64,000 nucleotides of DNA, taken from the IMG/VR virus record IMGVR_UViG_3300025679_000005, one strand, 5' to 3'. Of the stretch, positions 10,297 to 18,959 are shown one piece after another. Within the stretch, counting starts at the first letter, position 1; each line of letters starts with the position of its first letter. The notes below the pieces were generated by a model, which did no database searches, was not told where the DNA came from, and saw only the letters and a program-made list of their open reading frames with translations. Both the position numbers and the translations under genes were made by a program. Source of the DNA: a virus. Its lineage: Duplodnaviria > Caudoviricetes.

Positions 10297-11240
10297 AAAG
10301 CGACAACTTCTACATCTCCTACTCCGGCTACAAGAAGTACGAGACCTGCAATTACGCCTATTGGAACAGCTACGTTGCTGAGACGAAGGTGGTGGGCCCG
10401 GACGACCGCCTAGGTTCTATCTACGGCTCAGTGGTAGGGCAGCTGTTTGAGCAGTTCTACATGGATCAGCTCTGGCGTAAAGACAACGCACAGGCAATTC
10501 TGGTCTCTAGGATTGAAGGCCAAGTGGACACGGCCATCAAAAAAGAGACAACCCCCTCAAGGTACGGCAAGGGTGGTGTATTGCTGTGGAAGGGTGATGG
10601 TGAAGGCCAGAGCCCGTACGGCATGTACGAGAGCAAAGAAGAGCTGGTAGCGGACATTAGAGATACGATCCCTAGAGGGTTTCGTATTATCCGGCATCAT
10701 CGTTTGCTGGGGCCTAGGGCAGAGGCGGAGACCAAGCTCGACTTCAGGGCTCCCAACGGGGATATCTGGGGCGGCCGATCAGACTTTATCATCCAACGTG
10801 CCAAACCCCACGAAGACCTAGTCATCATTGACGGCAAGGGCTCGAAGCATCGAGATAAGTACGTGGATCCTACCCAGCTTCAGTGGTATTCCATGCTATA
10901 TAAGCTGAACTTTGGCTCGGCGCCAGATCGGTTGGCTTTCTTGTTTTGGCGCTACGAGCCGACGGAGAGCATGGATTGGGTGGACACCTCTGACAATGAA
11001 ATACAGAGCCTATTCATTCAGGTCCGGGACACGATTGAGGAGATCAAGGACCGCAAGAAGCGGGCTTTGCCTGTGATGCCGTTCGCCAAAGCTAGGGAGG
11101 TTTTTCCCGTGAAAGCCAACAAGGAAAACTGCCGATTCTGCCCATACGCCACCGAGGAAATATGTCCGAAGGGCGCTAAGATCCAGCAGGAGATCAAGTC
11201 GCAACAAGAGGCCACACGAGCCAAGAGCAAAAAACCATGA
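10293..11240 (+). CDS. PD-(D/E)XK nuclease (Cas4/AddB-like) with a probable Fe-S staple
   Basis: SYS...C N-terminus, GRSD...IIDGK, QLQWY, C-terminal CRFCPYATEEIC. Confidence 0.8.
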   Translation: MKSDNFYISYSGYKKYETCNYAYWNSYVAETKVVGPDDRLGSIYGSVVGQLFEQFYMDQLWRKDNAQAILVSRIEGQVDTAIKKETTPSRYGKGGVLLWKGDGEGQSPYGMYESKEELVADIRDTIPRGFRIIRHHRLLGPRAEAETKLDFRAPNGDIWGGRSDFIIQRAKPHEDLVIIDGKGSKHRDKYVDPTQLQWYSMLYKLNFGSAPDRLAFLFWRYEPTESMDWVDTSDNEIQSLFIQVRDTIEEIKDRKKRALPVMPFAKAREVFPVKANKENCRFCPYATEEICPKGAKIQQEIKSQQEATRAKSKKP

Positions 11241-11509
11241 ACTCACTAGATCAAATACGAGAAAAGGTCGAAGAACTAAGCAAGCGGTACAAGGTCGCTG
11301 CCAACAAGAAGTCCACTCTGAGTGGGCTTCTTCAAGCCAAGAAGGAAGAACTCGCGACTCTGAAGAAGGAAATAGAGGACGCAGGGTACGACCCGAAGCG
11401 CCTTAAGGAAGAGCGCGACCGCCTCCAACAAGAGATGGTCGCGATGATAGAGGATTTCGACAAGAGACTAGGCGAAGTCGAGACTGCTTTGGCAGCCTTC
11501 GGTAATTGA
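11237..11509 (+). CDS. 90-aa coiled-coil protein
   Basis: Continuous heptad pattern; ATGA overlap with the upstream gene. Confidence 0.7.
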   Translation: MNSLDQIREKVEELSKRYKVAANKKSTLSGLLQAKKEELATLKKEIEDAGYDPKRLKEERDRLQQEMVAMIEDFDKRLGEVETALAAFGN

Positions 11510-11527
11510 GAAGAGAGAAGATACCAG

Positions 11528-12778
11528 ATGAAAATTCGTACCACAGTCGAGAATCTGAACCAAGCGTTCGAAATAGCGGGCATCGTCACGCCGAAGTTGA
11601 AGAACAACTCGGACGCAGCTTTTCTGATCGCCAACCATGGGGGCAAGCTGTATGTACACTCCCACGACGGGATTCGTGCAACTCGAACTGAGCTTAAGTT
11701 CGACTCCTTAGAGGGCGAAGGTGCCTTCGCGTTCCCCAACGACAAAGTCGGCTCTCTCAAGTACGTGGACGGTTGGATTGAACTGGAATCCGGTCATGAC
11801 GATAAGCGCCATTGGGTCAAGTACACTACAGAAGGTGGCGCCAAGGTAGACATCGCCTCCTACGACCCAGACGCCTACGCCACCCTCGTGCGAAATCTTA
11901 GCGAGACCACTGAGGAGCGCCTGTACCTCACGGCCATTCTTCGGGACGCCTTCAAGACGGTCTTCGGGTTCACCCCAAGGGGCACCGACAAGGATAAGGC
12001 TCCGGACTTTTACAGCACCTTACAGATCTTCGACGCCAGTAAGCCCGAGTGGTTAAGCGGCGACGGTGTGATGCTGGGGGCTGACGGTACCCGGGCAGCC
12101 TTTTTCTCATGTGAGGCTTTGAAGGGCAAAGGCCTTGGGGTGCATACTGATCACCTCTCGTACCTTACAGATTTCTTGGCCAAATGCGGCCCAACGGTCA
12201 AGGTGAAGTTCGGGGAAGCCATGAACTTCCTGATTGAGCTTATCCCTGAAGAGGATGGTACCTTCACCGAGGGGGCCGTCATTGGTTGGGTGAGCCATGT
12301 CACGACACACGCTAAGTACAAGTACTACGCCACTAGTGAGGACCACGCTGTTCTGATGGTGCCCAGGGACATGATGGTGAAGTCTCTGAGCCATATCAGA
12401 TCCCTGCTCTCTGGGAATCAGCCTAAGATTCGTTTGATTTTGAAGGACGGCTTCTTGAACTTCAAGTCAAATGACGGAGGCAACAGCCTGACAAGCGCTC
12501 CTGTAGGGGTGGACCTTCTCGCCTTGGATGATAAGTCTCCGTCGGTGGCAGGATTTGAGTGCAATGCCGACGCAGACCGGCTGGTGGACCTGTTCTCTTC
12601 TGCGAAAGGGCATGAAGTCGAGTTCCGCATTGCTCTAGTAGCTGAGAGCAAGCATCACAAATCAGGGGCCTTCTTTCGGACCTTCGATCGTTTCCGCTTG
12701 AATACTGAGGGTGCCGTAGTCATCTCTCCTGAGGACTCCTACGAATGCCTAGTGACTCGATTCACGCCTTCGGTGTGA
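11528..12778 (+). CDS. DNA polymerase III beta-like sliding clamp
   Basis: Size (416 aa) and three-domain alpha/beta pattern; MKIRTTVENLNQAF start; GADGTRAA resembles the ATDGHRL motif; DnaX nearby. Confidence 0.55.
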   Translation: MKIRTTVENLNQAFEIAGIVTPKLKNNSDAAFLIANHGGKLYVHSHDGIRATRTELKFDSLEGEGAFAFPNDKVGSLKYVDGWIELESGHDDKRHWVKYTTEGGAKVDIASYDPDAYATLVRNLSETTEERLYLTAILRDAFKTVFGFTPRGTDKDKAPDFYSTLQIFDASKPEWLSGDGVMLGADGTRAAFFSCEALKGKGLGVHTDHLSYLTDFLAKCGPTVKVKFGEAMNFLIELIPEEDGTFTEGAVIGWVSHVTTHAKYKYYATSEDHAVLMVPRDMMVKSLSHIRSLLSGNQPKIRLILKDGFLNFKSNDGGNSLTSAPVGVDLLALDDKSPSVAGFECNADADRLVDLFSSAKGHEVEFRIALVAESKHHKSGAFFRTFDRFRLNTEGAVVISPEDSYECLVTRFTPSV

Positions 12779-13422
12779 GGGTCAAGAACGCGGAAGCTGC
12801 GGCTACTCGGCTGGTTACCTTGAAAGGCAGGGTAACCGCCGAGCTTGCAGCTAAAGAAGCGGAGGTGACTCACCTTGACCAAGAGATCGAAATCCTGGGC
12901 AAGGTGGTAGAGCTTTTTCGCGTTCTGCTGGATCAGCTCGTCGAGAAGCAGGTGCGATCCGTCGAAAAGGTCGCAACCGAGGGCCTTCAGACGATTTTTA
13001 CAGACCAGATTCTCAGCTTGGAGTCCGAGGTGGCCCCCAAGCATAACAAGATCTCCGTGGATTTCTTCGTCCGTAGGGGTCTCAAGGGCAGCCCACGGTC
13101 ACATCGGGGGAAGCCCCTGGAAGCTTTCGGCGGCGGGCCTGCCACGGTCATATCCTTGATTCTGAGGGTATTGGCGGTAAAGCGTTTGAACCTTTGGCCG
13201 GTACTAGTCTTGGACGAGTCTCTGGGCGCCGTGTCTGATGAGTATGTCGACCATACTAGTCAGTTCCTACGGGGTATTGCTGAAAAGCTGGGTTTCGACC
13301 TGCTTTTGGTCACCCACAAGCCCGCCTTCAAGGAATACGCACATAATGTGTACCGTTGCTCCGAAGCCTTCGAGGAAGACGGTGTAACATCCTTCCTGGT
13401 AGTGAAGAAGGTACCCTCTTGA
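12775..13422 (+). CDS. SbcC/Rad50-like ATPase, C-terminal half
   Basis: Short coiled coil, then signature-like AFGGG, Walker B VLVLDES, H-loop LLVTH; GTGA overlap with the clamp stop. Confidence 0.78.
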   Translation: MRVKNAEAAATRLVTLKGRVTAELAAKEAEVTHLDQEIEILGKVVELFRVLLDQLVEKQVRSVEKVATEGLQTIFTDQILSLESEVAPKHNKISVDFFVRRGLKGSPRSHRGKPLEAFGGGPATVISLILRVLAVKRLNLWPVLVLDESLGAVSDEYVDHTSQFLRGIAEKLGFDLLLVTHKPAFKEYAHNVYRCSEAFEEDGVTSFLVVKKVPS

Positions 13423-13961
13423 AAGATCCCACGGAAATACTTGCCCGAGCAAAGGGCCTGTTGTGTGCGGAGCTGGACCGTCGAGTGCAGAACGCCTCCA
13501 AGCGCCTGCCGCATATGTGTGCGAACAATTACCGGCAGCCTCTGGATGGGCGCAAGACGGTTGAGGGGGTTGCCAACTCCAACTACAACCGGGTGTCCTT
13601 GCCTCTAGCGAGCACCATCGGTTTATGTATGCTGGGGTCAGAGGATCCAGAGCAGTGGCAGGGGACGATTTGTGAAGACCCGATTGATGCTCAGAAGTGC
13701 CCTTACTTCTCATCAACCATGACTAAAGATCAGGTCTTTAACGAATTCCTGGAGCAGACCTCTAACCCGGAGTGGTTAGAGGAGAACATGCCTGGAGTTT
13801 CCGAACTGTTGTGGGCAGCAGGACACTCCAAGTCTGTGGCACTGCCTTTCTGGAAACGTGTTATGATGCTGTTTACTAGGATCAAGGTTGAGCCTATTGT
13901 TAGAGTGCCCGATCTGACACCCCTCCTGACGGCTCCGAAGCATGAAGATCTCCGTTCTTGA
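13419..13961 (+). CDS. Hypothetical Cys-containing protein
   Basis: TTGA overlap start with RBS GAAGG; five Cys (CAE, HMCANN, LCML, ICED, KCPY). Confidence 0.6.
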   Translation: MKDPTEILARAKGLLCAELDRRVQNASKRLPHMCANNYRQPLDGRKTVEGVANSNYNRVSLPLASTIGLCMLGSEDPEQWQGTICEDPIDAQKCPYFSSTMTKDQVFNEFLEQTSNPEWLEENMPGVSELLWAAGHSKSVALPFWKRVMMLFTRIKVEPIVRVPDLTPLLTAPKHEDLRS

Positions 13962-14565
13962 ACGCATGCTCACTGCGGAGCGTATGCGCCAGAAGGCCTC
14001 TTTCGCCCCACCGGTAGCAAATCGGCGAGCAGCGACTCATGACGAGGGGCCTTGGGTCGTAACGAACACCAAAGGTGATGTGGTCTTGACCAGACTGCAG
14101 CACGACCCTAAGTTCGAAGAGGACTTTGTCTTGCAGGGTTTTTTTGATTGCCCTATTGATGAGGAGAGCCCGTTAGTCAGCAGGCTCTACGAGACTCTGT
14201 GGTCCTCGTCCAAGAAGCACGGGTGGGGTAACCGCTGCGAGGACTTGAAGGATTCGGCCGCCAAGATGGCTTCCTTGGGGTATGCCCCCAAGTGGCTACT
14301 GATATCACACTCTGAGGTATCGGAGGTTTGTGGTGGGGAACTCACTCCGGAAGATGTCGAGAAGCTGACTTTGATCAAGGGATACGTGGCGGAGGTGGAC
14401 TCGGTCAAGGTGTTGGTCACTGACGCTTTACCTGAGGGTGCCGCTATCTTAGGGGCCATGCCAAGTTTAGTGGGCCATTATATGCGTTCCTACGACTTCC
14501 TATCCATCTTGTTGGCTGGGGTTAACCGTACCATCGTATTGGTGGGCCATGACACGGTGGATTGA
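13942..14565 (+). CDS. Hypothetical protein
   Basis: 207-aa ORF packed tightly into the operon. Confidence 0.6.
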   Translation: MKISVLERMLTAERMRQKASFAPPVANRRAATHDEGPWVVTNTKGDVVLTRLQHDPKFEEDFVLQGFFDCPIDEESPLVSRLYETLWSSSKKHGWGNRCEDLKDSAAKMASLGYAPKWLLISHSEVSEVCGGELTPEDVEKLTLIKGYVAEVDSVKVLVTDALPEGAAILGAMPSLVGHYMRSYDFLSILLAGVNRTIVLVGHDTVD

Positions 14566-15250
14566 CACCTTAGTCGACTTCTCAGTGTCAAACTTGACAG
14601 AGCGTGTGTACGGGGAACTCTGGTCACGCGGGGTCTCGGACTCTCAAATAGTCGAGTACCGAATAGGGTACCTGAACAAGCGTCTCCCACAGTTGGAGGG
14701 TGCCGAGGAATTCCTGGAGTGGTGCTGGCAGGGGAAGCGCCTTGACGACATGTTCGTATTCCCAATGACCAATGCTTTGGGTCAGGTCAAGGGGGTACAG
14801 TTTCGTCACGTTGAGCGTAAATCTAAGGGGTACATAGACTATTTGACGGATCACGACGAGCCTGTGTTATTCGGGCTGGCCCAGGCAATGCCTCACGTAT
14901 GGCGCACCCAAGCCATCTGGCTAGTAGAGGGGGGATTCGACATGTTTCCTGTCCAGAGGGTGTTCCCGAACGTAATCCCTACGATGACGGCTTCAGTGTC
15001 CACGGCGTTGATGCGCTTTTTGAAGCGCAATGTTCGTGATGTTTGGCTAGGGTATGATACAGATTCAGCGGGCTACAAGGGCGCTCGGGATGTGGCCGCG
15101 CAAGCCACCACCGACTTCCAAGTGCATATCCCGAAGCTACCTAGGCTGAAGTTCTTTGATGGCCGCCAAACTAAGGACCCAGCGGACCTGTGGGAAGTCC
15201 TGGGGGACGACCGATTCGGTGTATACTTACGAAACCAAGTAGGCGTTTAG
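14549..15250 (+). CDS. DnaG-type primase catalytic core (TOPRIM), no zinc-binding domain
   Basis: LWSRGVS...YRIGY, FPMTNALGQVKGVQFR, LFGL, WLVEGGFD, GYDTDSAG, KDPAD. Confidence 0.72.
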   Translation: MTRWIDTLVDFSVSNLTERVYGELWSRGVSDSQIVEYRIGYLNKRLPQLEGAEEFLEWCWQGKRLDDMFVFPMTNALGQVKGVQFRHVERKSKGYIDYLTDHDEPVLFGLAQAMPHVWRTQAIWLVEGGFDMFPVQRVFPNVIPTMTASVSTALMRFLKRNVRDVWLGYDTDSAGYKGARDVAAQATTDFQVHIPKLPRLKFFDGRQTKDPADLWEVLGDDRFGVYLRNQVGV

Positions 15251-15269
15251 CCTAAACGGAGAGAACCAA

Positions 15270-15764
15270 ATGTCCAAAATATATAGCGAAGCTGAAGACG
15301 TTGCGCAGATTGCCTCAGGTCTGATCCCGAACTTCCACCCTGAACTAGCGGAGGCCCGCATAAGTTACGTGTACGTGGACAAGGCCTCGAACAAAGGGGG
15401 CCGCGCCCTCTATGGCAAAGTGAAGAAGTTCAGTGGCTACTTTGAGTGGGCCCTGGAGCGAGACTTCGTAGTCGAGGTGGCCGCGGACTTGTGGCAGGAA
15501 CTGTCTGACCCTCAGAAGACGGCCCTGGTGGACCACCTTCTGGAGCATGTCACAGGCGAGGAAGACGAGAAGACCGGCGTCATGAACTGGCTAACTCGGG
15601 AACCCGATGTCCAGGAGTTCTCGTCTATCCTGAATCGTCACGGCGCTTGGCACCAGGCTTTGGCAGGCTTTGCTTCGATTGCTCAGAAGCTCGATCTGAG
15701 TAGCCTTGTCGAGACTGAGGAAGAAAACCTCGCTGAGGGTCTTCTAGAAACAACCGAGAGCTGA
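15270..15764 (+). CDS. Phage metallopeptidase-like protein
   Basis: Pattern KTALVDHLLEH...PDVQEFSSILNRHGAW resembles the putative phage metallopeptidase family; RBS GGAGA. Confidence 0.5.
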   Translation: MSKIYSEAEDVAQIASGLIPNFHPELAEARISYVYVDKASNKGGRALYGKVKKFSGYFEWALERDFVVEVAADLWQELSDPQKTALVDHLLEHVTGEEDEKTGVMNWLTREPDVQEFSSILNRHGAWHQALAGFASIAQKLDLSSLVETEEENLAEGLLETTES

Positions 15765-15765
15765 C

Positions 15766-17157
15766 GTGTGGGACATCAAGTATCGCCCAGTACGTTTCAG
15801 TGACGTACTGGGGCAGGAGAGTACCGCCCAGATTCTCAAGTTACGACTGACTAAGGGGACTGCCTTTGACACGTCGTACATCTTCAGCGGTGGTCACGGT
15901 CAAGGTAAGACGACTTTGGCACGTATTCTGGCTAGATCCATGCTTTGCACGGATCTTCAGTCAGACGGCGAGCCCTGCAATGTCTGTGATATGTGCAAGG
16001 AAGTCCTCGCAGACGCCAACCCAGCCTTCACTGAAACTGACGCGGCCTCTAACGGCACCATCGACCATATACGGAAGATCGTTAGCGACCTTCCGTTCGC
16101 GATCAAGGGGGCTGACAAGCGCATATACCTCTTCGATGAGATGCATCGCATGGGTCCTGCTTCCCAGGATGTCTTGCTTAAGCCCATAGAGGACAAGAAG
16201 CTGGTCGGTATTTTTTGCACAACAGAGGCTGTGAAGATTCGAGGGACTATCCGTTCCAGGTGTGAAGAGTACAAGATCCGCAACATCACTAGGGAGGACA
16301 TCCTTGGTAGGATGCGGTTGATCCTGACCCAAGAACAGATCGAATTTGAAGAGGACGCGGTCCTCACTGTTATTGACCATTCCCATGGGCATGTCCGGGA
16401 TGTGGTCAATAAGCTGGAGATGATCGCCCAATTGGGGCCTATTCGACTTGAAGCAGTAAGAGAATACTTGAGTTTGTCTGTGGTTTCGATGTACTATGAG
16501 ATCTTACTCTCATTAGGAAATCCGGCAGTCGCTGTCAAACTAGCTGAAACTGCCTGTGATCAAGTAGGTCCTGACGCAGTCTACGAAGGTTTGGCAGAAG
16601 CAGCCATGACATCCTACCGGATGGCCAACCGTATGTATGTGGACTACACCTATGTGGACAGGATCTTGGCTGATAAGGTGCAAGCTCAATACAAGGACGC
16701 CTTGTTGCAGCTAACTGAGCACTTTGTGGCCGCACCCCCTAAGGCAGGGCGGATCCGCCTCCTGTGTGACATTCTGGCTTGCTCGACTGGTGTTCCCTCC
16801 AAGGCAGTGGTTACCAAAGTACAGGTCCAGGTGGCGGCTCCCATTATCTTGGACAGCCCACCAGTGCCCGTCCTAAACCCCCCTCAGCTGGCAGTAGCAG
16901 TGCTGGCTGACCTCATAAAACCCCCCTCCATACCTTCTACTGAGCGCACCTCAAAGGTAGGCAACTTGGGTTCTGACGATGCTTGCGCACTCACATCGTT
17001 GGATGAAAAAGCGATACGCCAGGACATGCCTAGGGGCACCTCGGAAAGTGTGAGGCCCTCAAAGGATGTCCCCAAAGGTAAAGCGGACCTGCTGACGCAC
17101 GACGAGTGGAGTCGTGCTATCTATCAGAGGATGGATATTTTTGGTATGGGGGTCTAA
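15766..17157 (+). CDS. dnaX: DNA polymerase III gamma/tau clamp-loader subunit
   Basis: KYRPVRFSDVLGQE, GGHGQGKTTLARI, EPCNVCDMC, DAASNGTID, FDEMH, TIRSRC. Confidence 0.88.
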   Translation: MWDIKYRPVRFSDVLGQESTAQILKLRLTKGTAFDTSYIFSGGHGQGKTTLARILARSMLCTDLQSDGEPCNVCDMCKEVLADANPAFTETDAASNGTIDHIRKIVSDLPFAIKGADKRIYLFDEMHRMGPASQDVLLKPIEDKKLVGIFCTTEAVKIRGTIRSRCEEYKIRNITREDILGRMRLILTQEQIEFEEDAVLTVIDHSHGHVRDVVNKLEMIAQLGPIRLEAVREYLSLSVVSMYYEILLSLGNPAVAVKLAETACDQVGPDAVYEGLAEAAMTSYRMANRMYVDYTYVDRILADKVQAQYKDALLQLTEHFVAAPPKAGRIRLLCDILACSTGVPSKAVVTKVQVQVAAPIILDSPPVPVLNPPQLAVAVLADLIKPPSIPSTERTSKVGNLGSDDACALTSLDEKAIRQDMPRGTSESVRPSKDVPKGKADLLTHDEWSRAIYQRMDIFGMGV

Positions 17158-18959
17158 TGGGCGAGTCTTGGGTAGTACTGGAACTCAGTTCGCGAAGCGA
17201 TCAGGAGGATCCTGATGTGGTTAAAGCGGCAATCGTCCGTTCATTGAAACGAGCCGAGGTGTTCATACCTGCGGCAGTGACACAGATAGGTGAGGATCGC
17301 TCTGTGCACGTTTTGATGGAAGGGTATGCCTTCGTGCGCCTTGACCGCGCTCCCCAGGACTACTTTAGGCTGGAGAATACCAAGTACGTCCAAGCTGTAC
17401 TGGCTTTACCTGGGGCTAATGGACGCCACCGCAAGCTCTCAACCGTAGACGACTCCGCCATTGCGAAGATGAGGGAGCAAATACGATTGCTGGTGGACCA
17501 GGGGATCAGCGTGGGGGATACCGTACGTATCACCTCTGGGCCATACCGTAACATGCAGGCGGAAGTGGTGGAGGAGATACCCGAGGAAGGGAAAGTGCAG
17601 GTTTACATCAAATTGCGCTCCAAGCAGAGCCTGGTGGCATTGCCCAGGTCTTTCCTAGTGGTGGTCGAACGCGCACCTCTGTCGACAGTCAGTGGGCGCA
17701 TCAACGTTTTGCGGGATTGGGCCTTAGCCGCACACCCTATAATCAAGTGGACCGCCGACTGGGCCTCTTTGGAGAAAGCGTATAAGCAGTATGCCAGGGT
17801 AGAGACACTACGTCGGCAGATGGCGCTCCTTATCGAGACGCGCATTTTCGATATCACCTATCCCAAGGAACTGGCTGATTTATCGAACAGGTGTCAGGTG
17901 GTGGGTGCCCTCCAACGGTGGGAGACTCAAATACGTCTCCTGGAGAGTTACATCGGATTCTATCAGGGAATTCCCAGCGGGGAAGACTTGGCTACGGCCC
18001 ACGGCAAGGTAGCGGAGTTGCTCTGGATTGACGAAGTCCTTGGAAAGATACGCTCGCTCTGGGAGGATGTTGAGAGCATATCCAGGGCTTTAGCTCACAG
18101 GCAGGAAAAAGAGATGGTCGAAAACGTGATTGTAGATGGGCACAATCTAGCCTGTCGTTGTGCCTATGCCCCTGGGATCTCCAATTTGATGGACAGTCAA
18201 GGGCGCCCAACAGGGGTGATTATCGGCTTCCTGCGTAGCCTGGGCTCTTTGAAGAAGCGCTACCCCGACGCAGTCCTCTACGTCACCTGGGACGGTTCCT
18301 CGAAGCGGCGCCGGGCTAGATTTTCTGAGTACAAGGCCCAACGCAACTCGATTCCTCCGGATATCAGGGTCTTGAAGGAACTACTCCCTTTGGTTGGAGT
18401 TCGTCAAGCTTGGAATCCTGACGAAGAGGCGGACGATGTCATTGCTACTTTGACGCGCCGTGACTTGGCCAAGCAACGAAATGTGATGTTCTCGACCGAT
18501 AAAGATTTACTGCAATTGGTCAATGACGAGACTTCACTTCTGATCCCGCCGGTCGGGTCGCGCAACGAGATCCTGTTTGACCCGACTACTGTTCTCGAAG
18601 CAGTGGGGGTAGCACCCTCTAAAATGGTGCAATTAAGAGCTTTCTACGGGGACACCTCGGACAATATCCCTGGCGTCCCTAGGGTACCTAAGAAGGTCCT
18701 CCGTTCGTTAGTCCAAGCACACGGCTCTGTAGAAGCAGTCTACAGGTCAGGACTCACAGGGTTGACCAAGGGTCAATATGAGAGGTTGCGCAGTGCCGAA
18801 CCTCAAGTCAAAATAAATGTGGAGCTGATGTCTCTGGTGGACGTGGTTGTCGAAGTCACCATGCCAGACACGGATCCTAATGCCGCTGCCTCAATCCTAA
18901 CGGAATATGAGATACAGCCGGGTAGTTTGCTAGAGACGTTTTTTAGGAGGTCCCTGTAA
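17157..18959 (+). CDS. NusG (NGN+KOW) fused to a PolI-type 5'-3' exonuclease/flap endonuclease
   Basis: N-terminus WVVLE...VFIP...LMEGYAFV, KOW GDTVRITSGPYRNMQAEV; C-terminus VIVDGHNL, TGVIIGF, TWDG, YKAQR, EADDVIATL, STDKDLLQL, GDTSDNIPGVP; one uninterrupted frame; TAATG overlap start. Confidence 0.82.
   Translation: MGESWVVLELSSRSDQEDPDVVKAAIVRSLKRAEVFIPAAVTQIGEDRSVHVLMEGYAFVRLDRAPQDYFRLENTKYVQAVLALPGANGRHRKLSTVDDSAIAKMREQIRLLVDQGISVGDTVRITSGPYRNMQAEVVEEIPEEGKVQVYIKLRSKQSLVALPRSFLVVVERAPLSTVSGRINVLRDWALAAHPIIKWTADWASLEKAYKQYARVETLRRQMALLIETRIFDITYPKELADLSNRCQVVGALQRWETQIRLLESYIGFYQGIPSGEDLATAHGKVAELLWIDEVLGKIRSLWEDVESISRALAHRQEKEMVENVIVDGHNLACRCAYAPGISNLMDSQGRPTGVIIGFLRSLGSLKKRYPDAVLYVTWDGSSKRRRARFSEYKAQRNSIPPDIRVLKELLPLVGVRQAWNPDEEADDVIATLTRRDLAKQRNVMFSTDKDLLQLVNDETSLLIPPVGSRNEILFDPTTVLEAVGVAPSKMVQLRAFYGDTSDNIPGVPRVPKKVLRSLVQAHGSVEAVYRSGLTGLTKGQYERLRSAEPQVKINVELMSLVDVVVEVTMPDTDPNAAASILTEYEIQPGSLLETFFRRSL

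Noticed and set aside
10293-11240. Cas4-like gene as evidence of a CRISPR-Cas locus
   Set aside because: No array or other cas genes; the context is recombination
15766-17157. Programmed frameshift in dnaX (gamma/tau)
   Set aside because: No A-AAA-AAG or long A-run seen in the gene
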